From NCBI RefSeq assembly GCF_022846255.1, contig NZ_AP025682.1: DNA of 64,000 nucleotides; one strand, 5' to 3'. A model generated the notes under the pieces. The model searched no databases, was not told the origin of the DNA, and saw only the letters and a program-made list of their open reading frames with translations. The translations under genes and the position numbers were made by a program. The DNA is from Escherichia coli. Its GTDB lineage: Bacteria > Pseudomonadota > Gammaproteobacteria > Enterobacterales > Enterobacteriaceae. Position 1 is the first letter of the stretch. Each line of letters opens with the position of its first letter. Below, one piece after another: positions 15,745 through 26,794 of the stretch.

Positions 15745-16474
15745 ACACTCTGAACCCCGGATTCAGGAACGACTCGCGCGGAGTGTAATCCAGCGGTTTA
15801 CCCTGCCAGTCGTGAACGTGCGCTCCGGCAGCTGCAGCCACAGCATGACCAGCGGCGGTATCCCAAATATTCGTTGGCCCGAAACGCGGGTACAGCTGCG
15901 CCTGTCCTTCCGCCACCAGGCAGAATTTCAGCGAAGAGCCGATGGACGTGGTCTGATGTTCGCCAAGCTGTTGCAGATACTCTTTCAGCTCCGCATCTGC
16001 ATGGGAACGGCTGATCACCACCAGCGGCGGGCGCGCATCGCGGACCTGAATCTGCTTGCGCACACCGCACTCTTCTTTCCAGGCTTTGCCTTCTGCCGCG
16101 CTGTACATTACGTTCATTACCGGCGCATACACCACACCTAAAATCGGTTTACCGTGGTCGATGAGCGCAATGTTAACGGTGAATTCGCCATTACGTTTAA
16201 TAAACTCTTTAGTACCATCCAGCGGGTCTACCAGCCAGTAACGCTGCCAGTGCTGACGGACTTCCCAACCGGGAGGATCTTCTTCAGAAAGGACCGGAAT
16301 ATCCGGTGTCAGCGTACGTAAACCGTCCATGATAACGGTGTGAGCGGCAATATCCGCTGCCGTTACCGGAGAATTGTCCGCTTTGCTGACGACGTCCATC
16401 GGTTTCGTCCCGTCGTAGACCTGCATAATGGCATCGCCTGCATTCCGTGCAAGCTGGCATACTTGATCTAACAT
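15734..16474 (-). CDS. cysQ: 3'(2'),5'-bisphosphate nucleotidase CysQ
   Basis: 246-aa ORF, inositol monophosphatase-family motifs ([15 protein letters not shown]). Confidence 0.95.
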   Translation of the reverse strand: MLDQVCQLARNAGDAIMQVYDGTKPMDVVSKADNSPVTAADIAAHTVIMDGLRTLTPDIPVLSEEDPPGWEVRQHWQRYWLVDPLDGTKEFIKRNGEFTVNIALIDHGKPILGVVYAPVMNVMYSAAEGKAWKEECGVRKQIQVRDARPPLVVISRSHADAELKEYLQQLGEHQTTSIGSSLKFCLVAEGQAQLYPRFGPTNIWDTAAGHAVAAAAGAHVHDWQGKPLDYTPRESFLNPGFRVSIY

Positions 16475-16663
16475 TTCTCCACCTCGTCTCTGTGAGCGGT
16501 GTTAACTTATTGTTTTACTTATACCCTATCGTTAATGAATGCGCCAACTGTGATAGTGTCATCATTTTCAAAGCGTAAAATTGTGGCATTCTTCACTGTT
16601 CTATAAGTAAGACGTTTATTCTCCCTTTTCTTTCGTATTCCCGATGATAAAAGGATGTCCCTG

Positions 16664-18607
16664 ATGATTAAGTTTAGCGCAACGCTCCTGGCCACGCTGA
16701 TTGCCGCCAGTGTGAATGCAGCGACGGTCGATCTGCGTATCATGGAAACCACTGATCTGCATAGCAACATGATGGATTTCGATTATTACAAAGACACCGC
16801 CACGGAAAAATTCGGACTGGTACGTACGGCAAGCCTGATTAACGATGCCCGCAATGAAGTGAAAAACAGCGTACTGGTCGATAACGGCGATTTGATTCAG
16901 GGGAGTCCGCTGGCAGATTACATGTCGGCGAAAGGATTAAAAGCAGGTGATATTCACCCGGTCTATAAGGCATTAAATACGCTGGACTATACCGTCGGCA
17001 CGCTTGGCAACCACGAGTTTAACTACGGTCTGGATTATCTGAAAAATGCGCTGGCGGGAGCGAAATTCCCTTATGTAAATGCCAACGTCATTGACGCCAG
17101 AACCAAACAGCCAATGTTTACACCGTATTTAATTAAAGACACCGAAGTGGTCGATAAAGACGGAAAAAAACAGACGCTGAAGATTGGTTATATTGGCGTC
17201 GTCCCGCCACAAATCATGGGCTGGGATAAAGCTAATTTATCCGGGAAAGTGACGGTGAATGATATTACCGAAACCGTGCGCAAATACGTGCCTGAAATGC
17301 GCGAGAAAGGTGCCGATGTCGTTGTCGTTCTGGCGCATTCCGGGCTGTCTGCCGATCCGTATAAAGTGATGGCGGAAAACTCAGTTTATTACCTCAGTGA
17401 AATTCCGGGCGTTAACGCCATTATGTTTGGCCATGCTCACGCCGTTTTCCCAGGTAAAGATTTTGCTGATATCGAAGGGGCTGATATCGCGAAAGGCACG
17501 CTGAATGGTGTTCCGGCGGTAATGCCAGGCATGTGGGGCGATCATCTTGGTGTGGTCGACTTACAACTCAGTAATGACAGCGGTAAATGGCAGGTGACGC
17601 AGGCGAAAGCGGAAGCACGGCCGATTTACGACATCGCGAATAAAAAATCCCTCGCGGCGGAAGACAGCAAGCTGGTAGAAACACTCAAAGCCGATCACGA
17701 TGCCACACGCCAGTTCGTCAGCAAGCCAATCGGTAAATCTGCCGACAATATGTATAGCTATCTGGCGCTTGTGCAGGACGATCCGACCGTGCAGGTGGTG
17801 AACAACGCGCAAAAAGCGTATGTCGAGCATTACATTCAGGGCGATCCGGATCTGGCAAAACTGCCAGTGCTTTCAGCTGCCGCACCGTTTAAAGTTGGTG
17901 GTCGCAAAAATGACCCGGCAAGCTATGTGGAGGTGGAAAAAGGCCAGTTGACCTTCCGTAATGCCGCCGATCTTTATCTCTACCCCAATACGCTGATTGT
18001 GGTGAAAGCCAGCGGTAAAGAGGTGAAAGAGTGGCTGGAGTGCTCCGCCGGACAGTTTAACCAGATTGATCCTAACAGCACGAAACCACAGTCACTCATC
18101 AACTGGGATGGTTTCCGCACCTATAACTTTGATGTTATTGATGGTGTGAATTATCAGATTGATGTTACCCAGCCCGCCCGTTATGACGGCGAGTGCCAGA
18201 TGATTAATGCCAATGCGGAAAGGATTAAGAACCTGACCTTTAACGGCAAGCCGATTGATCCGAACGCCATGTTCCTCGTTGCCACCAATAACTATCGCGC
18301 TTACGGCGGCAAATTTGCCGGTACGGGCGACAGCCATATCGCTTTTGCTTCACCGGATGAGAACCGCTCGGTGCTGGCAGCGTGGATTGCTGATGAGTCG
18401 AAACGTGCGGGGGAAATTCACCCGGCGGCAGATAACAACTGGCGTTTAGCACCAATAGCTGGCGATAAGAAACTGGATATCCGTTTCGAAACCTCTCCGT
18501 CAGATAAAGCCGCAGCGTTTATTAAAGAGAAAGGGCAGTATCCGATGAATAAAGTCGCGACCGATGATATCGGGTTTGCGATTTATCAGGTGGATCTGAG
18601 TAAGTAA
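16664..18607 (+). CDS. cpdB: 2',3'-cyclic-nucleotide 2'-phosphodiesterase/3'-nucleotidase CpdB (periplasmic)
   Basis: 647-aa product from ATG at 16664 ([19 protein letters not shown] signal peptide), metallophosphatase + 5'-nucleotidase C-terminal domain motifs (GNHEFN). Confidence 0.95.
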
Positions 18608-18620
18608 AACACTTCTTTTT

Positions 18621-18735
18621 CGGCCTACAAATCATCAACCGCATCCGGCATTTATTGGCGGATGCGATGCTGACGCATCTTATCCGCCCTACAAGCCATG
18701 AACCGTAGTCCGGATAAGCGCAGCGCATCCGGCAG
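18621..18735. repeat. BIME/REP cluster between cpdB and ytfH
   Basis: Multiple REP-like palindromic units (cggcctacaa..., gcatccggca, cggatgcgatgctgacgcatcttatccgccctac, gtagtccggataagcgcagcgcatccggcag). Confidence 0.75.
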
Positions 18736-19116
18736 TTATGCCGCACGTTCATCCCGCACCGCTAACACCTCGGGCAAATTCAACTCAATCCAGTCCGCCA
18801 GTGCAGCAACCTTTTCGCTCACCTGCTCGCCCAGCGGCGTGAGGCTATATTCCACATGCGGCGGCACCACCGGATACGCGATACGGTTAAGAAAACCATC
18901 CTGCTCTAGCGCCTGTAACGACTGCGCAAGCATCTTTTCACTCACCCCGCCGATTTTGCGCCGCAGGTCGCTAAAGCGATGAGTACCTTCGCGTAGCGCC
19001 ACCAGAATCAACACCCCCCAACGGCTGGTGACGTGTTTCAAAACCTCGCGCGACGGACACTGTTCAGCGAAGAGATTTCCCTCTTTGAGTTGTTGCGACA
19101 GGCTAACCTGACTCAT
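18736..19116 (-). CDS. ytfH: HxlR-family transcriptional regulator YtfH
   Basis: 126-aa product from ATG at 19116 (MSQVSLSQQLKEGNLFAEQCPSREVLKHVTSRWGVLILVAL...), HxlR-type winged helix. Confidence 0.9.
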   Translation of the reverse strand: MSQVSLSQQLKEGNLFAEQCPSREVLKHVTSRWGVLILVALREGTHRFSDLRRKIGGVSEKMLAQSLQALEQDGFLNRIAYPVVPPHVEYSLTPLGEQVSEKVAALADWIELNLPEVLAVRDERAA

Positions 19117-19204
19117 TTCATACTTACCTTTTTGTATGTACTTACTAAAAGTAAGTTTAAGTGTTAGCGTATTTAAACACAAGACAAAACGATGGAGACT
19201 TCCC

Positions 19205-20065
19205 ATGATCGCTATTACTGGTGCCACTGGCCAACTTGGTCACTATGTTATTGAATCCTTGATGAAAACGGTTCCTGCCAGCCAAATAGTGGCTATCGTT
19301 CGTAATCCGGCAAAAGCACAGGTACTGACAGCACAAGGCATTACCGTGCGTCAGGCTGATTACGGCGATGAAGCCGCACTGACATCTGCGCTTCAGGGAG
19401 TGGAAAAACTACTGCTGATCTCTTCCAGCGAAGTGGGTCAACGTGCCCCGCAGCATCGTAATGTTATTAATGCCGCAAAGGCGGCCGACGTGAAATTTAT
19501 CGCTTATACCAGCCTGCTACATGCCGATTCCTCCCCGCTCGGCCTCGCCGATGAGCACATTGAGACGGAGAAAATGCTGGCTGATTCTGGCATCGTTTAC
19601 ACTCTGCTGCGCAACGGCTGGTACACCGAAAACTACCTCGCCAGCGCCCCGGCAGCACTGGAACACGGCGTATTTATCGGTGCCGCGGGCGATGGCAAAA
19701 TTGCCTCAGCAACGCGGGCTGATTATGCGGTAGCTGCGGCGCGCGTAATTAGCGAAGCCGGTCATGAAGGCAAGGTTTACGAACTGGCGGGCGATAGTGC
19801 CTGGACACTGACACAGTTAGCGGCAGAACTCACCAAACAGAGCGGCAAACCGATTACCTATCAAAACCTGAGCGAAGCCGATTTCGCTGCGGCACTGAAA
19901 AGCGTCGGACTGCCTGATGGACTGGCGGATATGCTGGCGGATTCTGACGTTGGCGCATCGAAAGGCGGTCTGTTTGATGACAGCAAAACGCTTAGCAAAT
20001 TGATTGGCCGCCCAACGACAACGTTAGCCGAAAGCGTAAGCCATCTTTTTAATGTTAATAACTAG
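19205..20065 (+). CDS. qorB: NAD(P)H:quinone oxidoreductase QorB (YtfG), NmrA-like
   Basis: 286-aa product from ATG at 19205 (MIAITGATGQLGHYVIESL...) with Rossmann GxxGxxG motif; GGAG RBS. Confidence 0.92.
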   Translation: MIAITGATGQLGHYVIESLMKTVPASQIVAIVRNPAKAQVLTAQGITVRQADYGDEAALTSALQGVEKLLLISSSEVGQRAPQHRNVINAAKAADVKFIAYTSLLHADSSPLGLADEHIETEKMLADSGIVYTLLRNGWYTENYLASAPAALEHGVFIGAAGDGKIASATRADYAVAAARVISEAGHEGKVYELAGDSAWTLTQLAAELTKQSGKPITYQNLSEADFAAALKSVGLPDGLADMLADSDVGASKGGLFDDSKTLSKLIGRPTTTLAESVSHLFNVNN

Positions 20066-20163
20066 TTAATTAAAGTGGCATCCTCCCGCATCCTCTCTGA
20101 TAATGACGGGATGCCGGGAGCAATCATGTCTGCTTCCTGAACTTTCTTCTGACAGACCAATGG

Positions 20164-21138
20164 ATGCCAGTAATGATTAGCGGCGTGCTGTACGCCCTGT
20201 TAGCAGGGTTGATGTGGGGGCTTATTTTTGTCGGGCCGTTGATCGTACCGGAATACCCGGCGATGTTGCAGTCGATGGGGCGTTACCTGGCGCTAGGGTT
20301 AATTGCGCTGCCCATTGCCTGGCTGGGACGCGTGCGTCTGCGTCAGTTGGCGCGTCGCGACTGGCTTACCGCCTTGATGCTCACCATGATGGGCAACCTT
20401 ATCTATTACTTCTGCCTTGCAAGTGCCATTCAACGTACTGGCGCGCCTGTTTCCACGATGATTATCGGCACCCTGCCGGTGGTGATTCCCGTTTTTGCCA
20501 ATCTGCTTTATAGCCAGCGCGACGGCAAACTCGCATGGGGAAAACTCGCCCCGGCACTGGTTTGTATTGGCATCGGCCTGTCGTGTGTGAATATTGCTGA
20601 GTTAAACCACGGACTCCCCGATTTTGACTGGGCACGTTATACCTCAGGCATCGTGCTAGCGTTAGTTTCCGTGGTCTGCTGGGCATGGTATGCCCTGCGC
20701 AACGCCCGCTGGCTGCGGGAAAATCCCGACAAACATCCGATGATGTGGGCGACGGCGCAGGCGCTGGTCACGCTGCCGGTTTCTCTCATCGGCTATCTCG
20801 TCGCCTGTTGCTGGCTGAATATGCAAACGCCGGACTTCTCCTTACCCTTTGGCCCCCGTCCGCTGGTGTTTATTAGTCTGATGGTTGCGATAGCCGTGCT
20901 TTGCTCATGGGTTGGCGCACTCTGCTGGAACGTCGCCAGCCAGAGATTACCGACAGTGATTCTCGGGCCGCTGATTGTTTTCGAAACGCTGGCAGGTTTG
21001 CTGTACACCTTTTTACTCCGCCAGCAAATGCCGCCGCTAATGACGCTGAGCGGTATCGCGCTGTTAGTGATTGGCGTGGTCATCGCGGTCAGAGCAAAAC
21101 CAGAAAAACCTTTAACTGAATCTGTCTCAGAAAGTTGA
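20164..21138 (+). CDS. ytfF: DMT-superfamily inner-membrane transporter YtfF (EamA domains)
   Basis: 324-aa polytopic membrane ORF; true start may be the ATG at 20173 (MISGVLYALLAG...). Confidence 0.88.
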   Translation: MPVMISGVLYALLAGLMWGLIFVGPLIVPEYPAMLQSMGRYLALGLIALPIAWLGRVRLRQLARRDWLTALMLTMMGNLIYYFCLASAIQRTGAPVSTMIIGTLPVVIPVFANLLYSQRDGKLAWGKLAPALVCIGIGLSCVNIAELNHGLPDFDWARYTSGIVLALVSVVCWAWYALRNARWLRENPDKHPMMWATAQALVTLPVSLIGYLVACCWLNMQTPDFSLPFGPRPLVFISLMVAIAVLCSWVGALCWNVASQRLPTVILGPLIVFETLAGLLYTFLLRQQMPPLMTLSGIALLVIGVVIAVRAKPEKPLTESVSES

Positions 21139-21196
21139 CACGCTGGCAGTGAGTTAAATAAGCCTCTGCTACGTAAGGGTTATAGCTTTTGCCTTA

Positions 21197-21219
21197 AAGA
21201 TGCATTTAAAATGCATCTT
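21197..21219. promoter_or_regulatory. NsrR operator upstream of ytfE
   Basis: Inverted repeat aagatgcatttaaaatgcatctt 27 bp upstream of ytfE start; matches the known NsrR binding motif form (AAGATGCATTT-N-AAATGCATCTT). Confidence 0.8.
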
Positions 21220-21245
21220 ATCTTATTAAGAATGAGGTATCAGCT

Positions 21246-21908
21246 ATGGCTTATCGCGACCAACCTTTAGGTGAACTGGCGCTCTCTATTCCTCGCGCTT
21301 CGGCTCTGTTTCGTAAATATGATATGGATTACTGCTGTGGCGGTAAGCAGACGCTGGCGCGCGCGGCGGCACGTAAAGAACTGGATGTTGACGTCATTGA
21401 AGCCGAACTGGCAAAGCTTGCTGAACAACCGATTGAGAAAGACTGGCGTAGCGCCCCGCTGGCGGAAATCATCGACCACATTATTGTGCGCTATCACGAT
21501 CGCCATCGCGAGCAGCTGCCGGAGCTGATCCTGCAAGCGACTAAAGTCGAGCGCGTTCACGCCGACAAACCAAGTGTGCCAAAAGGGCTGACAAAATACC
21601 TGACTATGCTGCATGAAGAGCTTTCCAGCCACATGATGAAAGAAGAGCAAATTCTCTTCCCGATGATTAAACAAGGCATGGGCAGCCAGGCAATGGGGCC
21701 AATCAGCGTAATGGAAAGCGAGCACGATGAAGCGGGCGAACTGCTGGAAGTGATCAAACACACCACCAATAACGTCACACCGCCGCCGGAAGCCTGCACC
21801 ACCTGGAAAGCGATGTATAACGGCATTAATGAACTGATTGATGACCTGATGGAGCACATCAGTCTGGAAAACAATGTACTATTCCCGCGCGCGCTGGCGG
21901 GTGAGTGA
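21246..21908 (+). CDS. ytfE: Iron-sulfur cluster repair di-iron protein YtfE (RIC)
   Basis: 220-aa ORF, ScdA_N plus hemerythrin-like domain; matches E. coli YtfE. Confidence 0.95.
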   Translation: MAYRDQPLGELALSIPRASALFRKYDMDYCCGGKQTLARAAARKELDVDVIEAELAKLAEQPIEKDWRSAPLAEIIDHIIVRYHDRHREQLPELILQATKVERVHADKPSVPKGLTKYLTMLHEELSSHMMKEEQILFPMIKQGMGSQAMGPISVMESEHDEAGELLEVIKHTTNNVTPPPEACTTWKAMYNGINELIDDLMEHISLENNVLFPRALAGE

Positions 21909-21952
21909 TCTAAAAGCTGGATGGCATTGCGCCATCCAGCATGATAATGCGG

Positions 21953-23365
21953 TTATTTCCGCAGTTCAGCAGCCCGCTTCTTACCAATAAACAGCCAGCC
22001 CAGCCCCAGCGCGATAAACCACAGCGGGGTAACCAGCAGCGCCTGGTGGGTGTCATCTTCCAGTGTCAACAACACCAGAACAAACACAAAGAACGCCATA
22101 CATACCCAGCACATCAGCTTGCCGAGTGGCATCTTGTAGATCGACTTCTCATGCAGATGAGGACGCTGTTTGCGATACACCAGGTACGAGCAAAGGATAA
22201 TCGTCCAGACAAACATAAACAGAATCGCGGAAACGGTTGTAATCATCGTGAACGCGCCAATCACGCTGGGATTCACATACAACATCACCACGCCGCCGAG
22301 CAGACAGATACAAGAGAAGGTCAGCCCTTTCGCGGGTACTGCGCGCTTAGAGAGTTTAGCGAACGCTTTCGGTGCCACACCTTCCTGGGCCAGGCCAAAC
22401 AGCATACGGCTGGTAGAGAAGACACCGCTGTTAGCGGAAGACGCCGCAGAGGTCAGCACCACAAAGTTGATCACGCTGGCAGCCGCAGGCAAACCTACCA
22501 ACACAAACAGTTCAACGAACGGGCTTTTCTCCGGGACTACCGAACTCCACGGCGTCACGGACATAATCACAATCAGCGAGAAGACGTAGAACATAATGAT
22601 ACGGATCGGAATGGAGTTAATCGCGCGTGGCAGTGATTTCTCCGGATCTTTGGTTTCCGCAGCTGTTGTACCTACCAGCTCAATCCCCACGAAAGCGAAA
22701 ACCGCTATCTGGAATCCGGCAAAGAAGCCGCTTAAGCCTTTCGGGAACCAGCCGCCGTCATTCCACAAATGTGTAAATGATGCTTCCACACCGGTCGGTG
22801 ACTGAAAGTGCATCGCCACCATGACCAGGCCGACAACAATCAGCGACACGATGGCGACGATTTTGATCATCGCAAACCAGAACTCCATCTCACCGAACAT
22901 TTTTACCGTGGCGAGGTTTAGAACCAGTAACAGAATGATCACGGATAACGAAGCAACCCAGTCAGAAAGCCCAGGGAACCAGAATTGCGCATAGGCGGTA
23001 ATGGCAACCACATCTGCCATACCGGTTACAACCCAGCAGAACCAGTAAGTCCAGCCGGTGAAATATCCTGCCCACGGCCCGAGTAAATCGGAAGCGAAGT
23101 CACTAAAAGATTTGTATTCCAGATTCGAAAGCAGCAATTCCCCCATTGCCCGCATCACGAAAAAGAGCATAAAACCGATGATCATATAAACGAAAATGAT
23201 CGACGGCCCGGCAAGGCTAATCGTTTTGCCGGACCCCATAAACAACCCTGTACCAATGGCACCGCCAATGGCAATAAGCTGAATATGTCGGTTTGTGAGA
23301 TTGCGCCGTAGCGACTGTTCAGCCGGAGCCTGATCATCGGCAACGACTTTTACCTGATCTACCAT
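21953..23365 (-). CDS. cycA: D-serine/D-alanine/glycine:H+ symporter CycA (APC family)
   Basis: 470-aa 12-TM amino-acid permease; matches CycA. Confidence 0.95.
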   Translation of the reverse strand: MVDQVKVVADDQAPAEQSLRRNLTNRHIQLIAIGGAIGTGLFMGSGKTISLAGPSIIFVYMIIGFMLFFVMRAMGELLLSNLEYKSFSDFASDLLGPWAGYFTGWTYWFCWVVTGMADVVAITAYAQFWFPGLSDWVASLSVIILLLVLNLATVKMFGEMEFWFAMIKIVAIVSLIVVGLVMVAMHFQSPTGVEASFTHLWNDGGWFPKGLSGFFAGFQIAVFAFVGIELVGTTAAETKDPEKSLPRAINSIPIRIIMFYVFSLIVIMSVTPWSSVVPEKSPFVELFVLVGLPAAASVINFVVLTSAASSANSGVFSTSRMLFGLAQEGVAPKAFAKLSKRAVPAKGLTFSCICLLGGVVMLYVNPSVIGAFTMITTVSAILFMFVWTIILCSYLVYRKQRPHLHEKSIYKMPLGKLMCWVCMAFFVFVLVLLTLEDDTHQALLVTPLWFIALGLGWLFIGKKRAAELRK

Positions 23366-23673
23366 GTTTTTTTCTTCCTGTACCTGTCTGTGTTGTTCAG
23401 GCTCTACGGCCTTTAGTCAGTCTATGATACGACGAATCTGTATCGGGACTCATCGATATTAGGTAACAATACGCGGGATGAATACTAAGATTTAGATCTA
23501 ATGTTAATTTTATGTTTAAAGTGAGTGTCATATCACGGTGATAACGCGAAACAGCTCACAAAAATACACGCTTACAGGGGCTTTGCAACATAAAATAGCG
23601 CCGTTTGGCAAACTGAAGGGTTTATTGCTGAATGCCTGCTCCCCTCTGGTTCGAGGGGAACAGAATGCGCTGC

Positions 23674-24294
23674 TTAGAGGATTTCCAGCAGTTCGACTTC
23701 AAACACCAGGGTGCTGAACGGAGGGATGGACGCGCCTGCGCCACGCTCGCCATATGCCAGTTCCTGCGGGATAGTCAGTTCCCATTTAGAACCTACCGGC
23801 ATCAGAGTCAGTGCTTCAATCCAGCCAGGGATCACGCCGTTAACCGGGAATTCAGCTGGCTCGCCGCGAGCAACGGAGCTGTCAAACACGGTGCCGTCGA
23901 TCAGTTTTCCGGTGTAATGAACACGAACGCGGTCGGTACGTGCCGGAATTGCGCCTTCGCCCTGGTTGATCACGCGGAATTGCAGGCCAGATTCGGTGCT
24001 ATTTACACCTTCTTTTTTGGCGTTTTCTTCCAGGTATTTCACACCTTCAGCAGCCATCGCCTGGAAACGCTGACGACGAACGGCATCGGCGCGTTCGTGG
24101 ATTTCACGCAGCGCGCGGTGCACCACATCAACCGGAACAGCCGGATGTTTGCCTTCCAGCGCATCGGCAATGCCTGCAACCAGAGCTTCTGGCAGCAGCC
24201 CTTCCAGGCCAGATTCACTCAGTTGTTGCCCTACCTGCAAACCAATGCCGTAGCTTGCTTGCGCTTCGATGGTGTCAAAAGTTGGGGTGGTCAT
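23674..24294 (-). CDS. fklB: FKBP-type peptidyl-prolyl cis-trans isomerase FklB
   Basis: 206-aa product from ATG at 24294 ([18 protein letters not shown]...) preceded by AGAAAGGAAA; FKBP domain at C-terminus. Confidence 0.93.
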
Positions 24295-24511
24295 CGTATT
24301 TCCTTTCTTAGGGTATAAAGTAGCGGGCAGCATATCAGCCACACTTCTTTGGGTAAAACTTTGTCGCGGGAATGATGACAAATCCCGGGGAAAAAGAAAC
24401 AATAGCAATATCCCGTATGAATATAATAAAGGCGGGTTTACCACGGACATCATAGCGTTAGCTTATTCATAGGCTATGATTGAGGAACAAGACGCGGAGC
24501 AGGAGGAAACC

Positions 24512-25150
24512 ATGCCCGGGCGCTTTGAACTAAAACCAACCCTGGAGAAAGTCTGGCACGCGCCGGACAATTTTCGCTTCATGGACCCGCTGCCGCCGAT
24601 GCATCGTCGGGGGATCATTATTGCCGCCATTGTATTGGTGGTCGGATTTCTGCTTCCATCTGATGATACGCCCAACGCGCCGGTGGTGACGCGTGAAGCG
24701 CAGTTAGATATTCAGTCGCAATCACAACCACCGACAGAAGAACAGCTGCGGGCGCAATTAGTCACGCCACAAAATGATCCTGATCAGGTGGCTCCGGTCG
24801 CTCCAGAACCAATACAGGAAGGCCAACCAGAAGAGCAGCCGCAAACCACCCATACGCAACCATTCCAGCCAGATAGCGGAATTGATAATCAATGGCGCTC
24901 CTATCGTGTCGAACCCGGTAAAACGATGGCGCAGCTGTTCCGCGACCACGGACTGCCCGCTACCGATGTCTATGCCATGGCGCAGGTAGAAGGCGCGGAT
25001 AAGCCACTGAGTAATTTGCAAAACGGGCAGATGGTGAAAATCCGCCAGAACGCCAGCGGCGTGGTGACGGGCTTAACCATTGATACGGGGAATAATCAAC
25101 AGGTCCTGTTTACCCGCCAGCCGGATGGCAGTTTTATTCGCGCGCGGTAG
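24512..25150 (+). CDS. ytfB: Cell-division-associated OapA-domain protein YtfB
   Basis: 212-aa product from ATG at 24512 ([23 protein letters not shown]...) preceded by AGGAGG; single TM, Pro/Gln-rich linker, C-terminal OapA region. Confidence 0.9.
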   Translation: MPGRFELKPTLEKVWHAPDNFRFMDPLPPMHRRGIIIAAIVLVVGFLLPSDDTPNAPVVTREAQLDIQSQSQPPTEEQLRAQLVTPQNDPDQVAPVAPEPIQEGQPEEQPQTTHTQPFQPDSGIDNQWRSYRVEPGKTMAQLFRDHGLPATDVYAMAQVEGADKPLSNLQNGQMVKIRQNASGVVTGLTIDTGNNQQVLFTRQPDGSFIRAR

Positions 25151-25781
25151 ATGAAGGGTCAACCAAAAGCCAGCTAAGGATCGTCTCTTTGATGACCTTA
25201 CGTCTGGCTTCCAGTGCCTGCGGTGAAACCATACTGATGTGATAAACCAGACCAAGCGTATGCTGGTTGATCAAATAATATCCCCCAAGCGCAGCAATAT
25301 TAATATTCACCTGCAATGGGTCGATATCTGGCTTAAAAATATTGTTTTTCTTCCCTTCATCCAATAAGGATTCCATTAACTGCAAGTGCGCATGGTTAAT
25401 TTCTAAAAGACGCTGTGACTTTGCATAATGCACACCCTTACTTTGATTTTCACTATGCACAATTTTTAAAAACCAGGGATTAGAAATATAATAATCCCAT
25501 GTAAAATCGATTATTTTCTCAATGGCTTTCTGTGGCGGAAGATCTGAGAAATCAAGGGCCTTTTCTTTTTGTCGAATATCGTTCCAGGTATATTCCAGTA
25601 CTTCGATAAATAAATTTTCTTTATTACCAAAGTGGTGATAAACCGTCTGTTTACTGCACCCCGCGGCCTTGACGATATTATCGACTCTGGCCCCTTCGTA
25701 ACCATATTCGGCAAATTCATTAACCGCGCATAACAGCAGCTTTTCTTTCAGGCTCTGTACGTTGCTGGTATCAAGATACAT
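25134..25781 (-). CDS. ytfA: TetR/AcrR-family transcriptional regulator (intact YtfA), divergent from the downstream operon
   Basis: 215-aa product from ATG at 25781 ([58 protein letters not shown]...) with TetR N-terminal HTH signature; 3' end overlaps ytfB 3' end. Confidence 0.85.
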   Translation of the reverse strand: MYLDTSNVQSLKEKLLLCAVNEFAEYGYEGARVDNIVKAAGCSKQTVYHHFGNKENLFIEVLEYTWNDIRQKEKALDFSDLPPQKAIEKIIDFTWDYYISNPWFLKIVHSENQSKGVHYAKSQRLLEINHAHLQLMESLLDEGKKNNIFKPDIDPLQVNINIAALGGYYLINQHTLGLVYHISMVSPQALEARRKVIKETILSWLLVDPSSTARE

Positions 25782-25903
25782 AACGCTTCCCCACGACCTC
25801 TTCGTGGTGACTATCATAACCTGATTTGATTTCAGCTTCAGAAAAAAGGGCAAAAACTTGTACTTTCATCAGGTTATCAAATGTCCTGTGATCGCCATCG
25901 CAT

Positions 25904-25925
25904 ATCAACCAACTAGATGGTTGAT
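25904..25925. promoter_or_regulatory. Candidate TetR-type operator: 8-bp inverted repeat with 6-bp spacer (atcaacca-actaga-tggttgat) in ytfA/operon divergent intergenic region
   Basis: Perfect 8/8 inverted repeat located 69 bp upstream of the SDR gene start and within the ytfA upstream region. Confidence 0.5.
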
Positions 25926-25993
25926 CTTTTTATCCTCCAGTCGCAAGCTAATCATCACTAAGGAAACAAAATTCAAAAAAAGAGAGCTATTGT

Positions 25994-26785
25994 ATGAAAT
26001 CCACTCGTCCTGTTGCCGTGATTACCGGAGCCGCACGTGGTATTGGAAAGGGCTGTGCGCTGGAGCTTGCGCGTGGCGGATTTAATCTGCTGATTAATGA
26101 TCGTCCGGATGCGGATAGCGTAGAAAAATTACATGCCACACAACAAGAATGTCTGGCGGAAGGCGTGGAAGTGATTTGCTTCCCTGCTGATGTGGGCGAT
26201 CTCTCCCTGCATGAAGAGATGCTCGACGCAGCGCAAAACCAGTGGGGACGTCTGGACTGCCTGCTCAACAACGCAGGCATTTCAGTGAAAAAACGCGGTG
26301 ACCTTCTCGACCTCGAACCAGACAGCTTCGACCAAAATATTGCCATTAACACCCGCGCACCGTTCTTCCTTGCTCAGGCATTCAGTAAGCGCTTACTGGC
26401 ACAGCCGAAACCGGAAGCAGAACTGCCGCACCGCTCGATTATTTTCGTCAGTTCCATCAACGCCATCATGCTGGCGATGAATCGCGGCGAATATACCATT
26501 GCCAAAACTGCCGTCTCTGCCGCTGCTCGTCTGTTTGCTGCTCGCCTTTGTAATGAACAAATTGGCGTATATGAAGTGCGTCCTGGTCTCATCAAAACCG
26601 ATATGACTATTCCGGCAACGGCCTATTACGACGAACTGATTGCCAAAGGTCTGGTGCCGTGGGGACGTTGGGGTTATCCGGCTGATATTGCTTCCACTGT
26701 CCGCGCGATGGCGGAAGGTAAACTGATTTACACCTGTGGTCAGGCGGTCGCCATCGACGGCGGCTTAAGTATGCCGCGCTTCTGA
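25994..26785 (+). CDS. Short-chain dehydrogenase/reductase (SDR) family oxidoreductase
   Basis: 263-aa ORF with TGAARGIGKG cofactor-binding motif and YTIAK (YxxxK) catalytic motif. Confidence 0.85.
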   Translation: MKSTRPVAVITGAARGIGKGCALELARGGFNLLINDRPDADSVEKLHATQQECLAEGVEVICFPADVGDLSLHEEMLDAAQNQWGRLDCLLNNAGISVKKRGDLLDLEPDSFDQNIAINTRAPFFLAQAFSKRLLAQPKPEAELPHRSIIFVSSINAIMLAMNRGEYTIAKTAVSAAARLFAARLCNEQIGVYEVRPGLIKTDMTIPATAYYDELIAKGLVPWGRWGYPADIASTVRAMAEGKLIYTCGQAVAIDGGLSMPRF

Positions 26786-26794
26786 GGCTGAATC

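Noticed and set aside
21941-22636. 231-aa plus-strand ORF inside cycA
   Set aside because: Antisense frame of cycA with His/Arg/Gln-rich low-complexity translation.
23632-24318. 228-aa plus-strand ORF overlapping fklB
   Set aside because: Antisense to fklB, no ribosome-binding site, no recognisable motifs.
24476-24511. Longer ytfB start at 24476 ([17 protein letters not shown]...)
   Set aside because: The ATG at 24512 is preceded by a strong AGGAGG and gives the known YtfB N-terminus; the upstream ATG lacks a ribosome-binding site.
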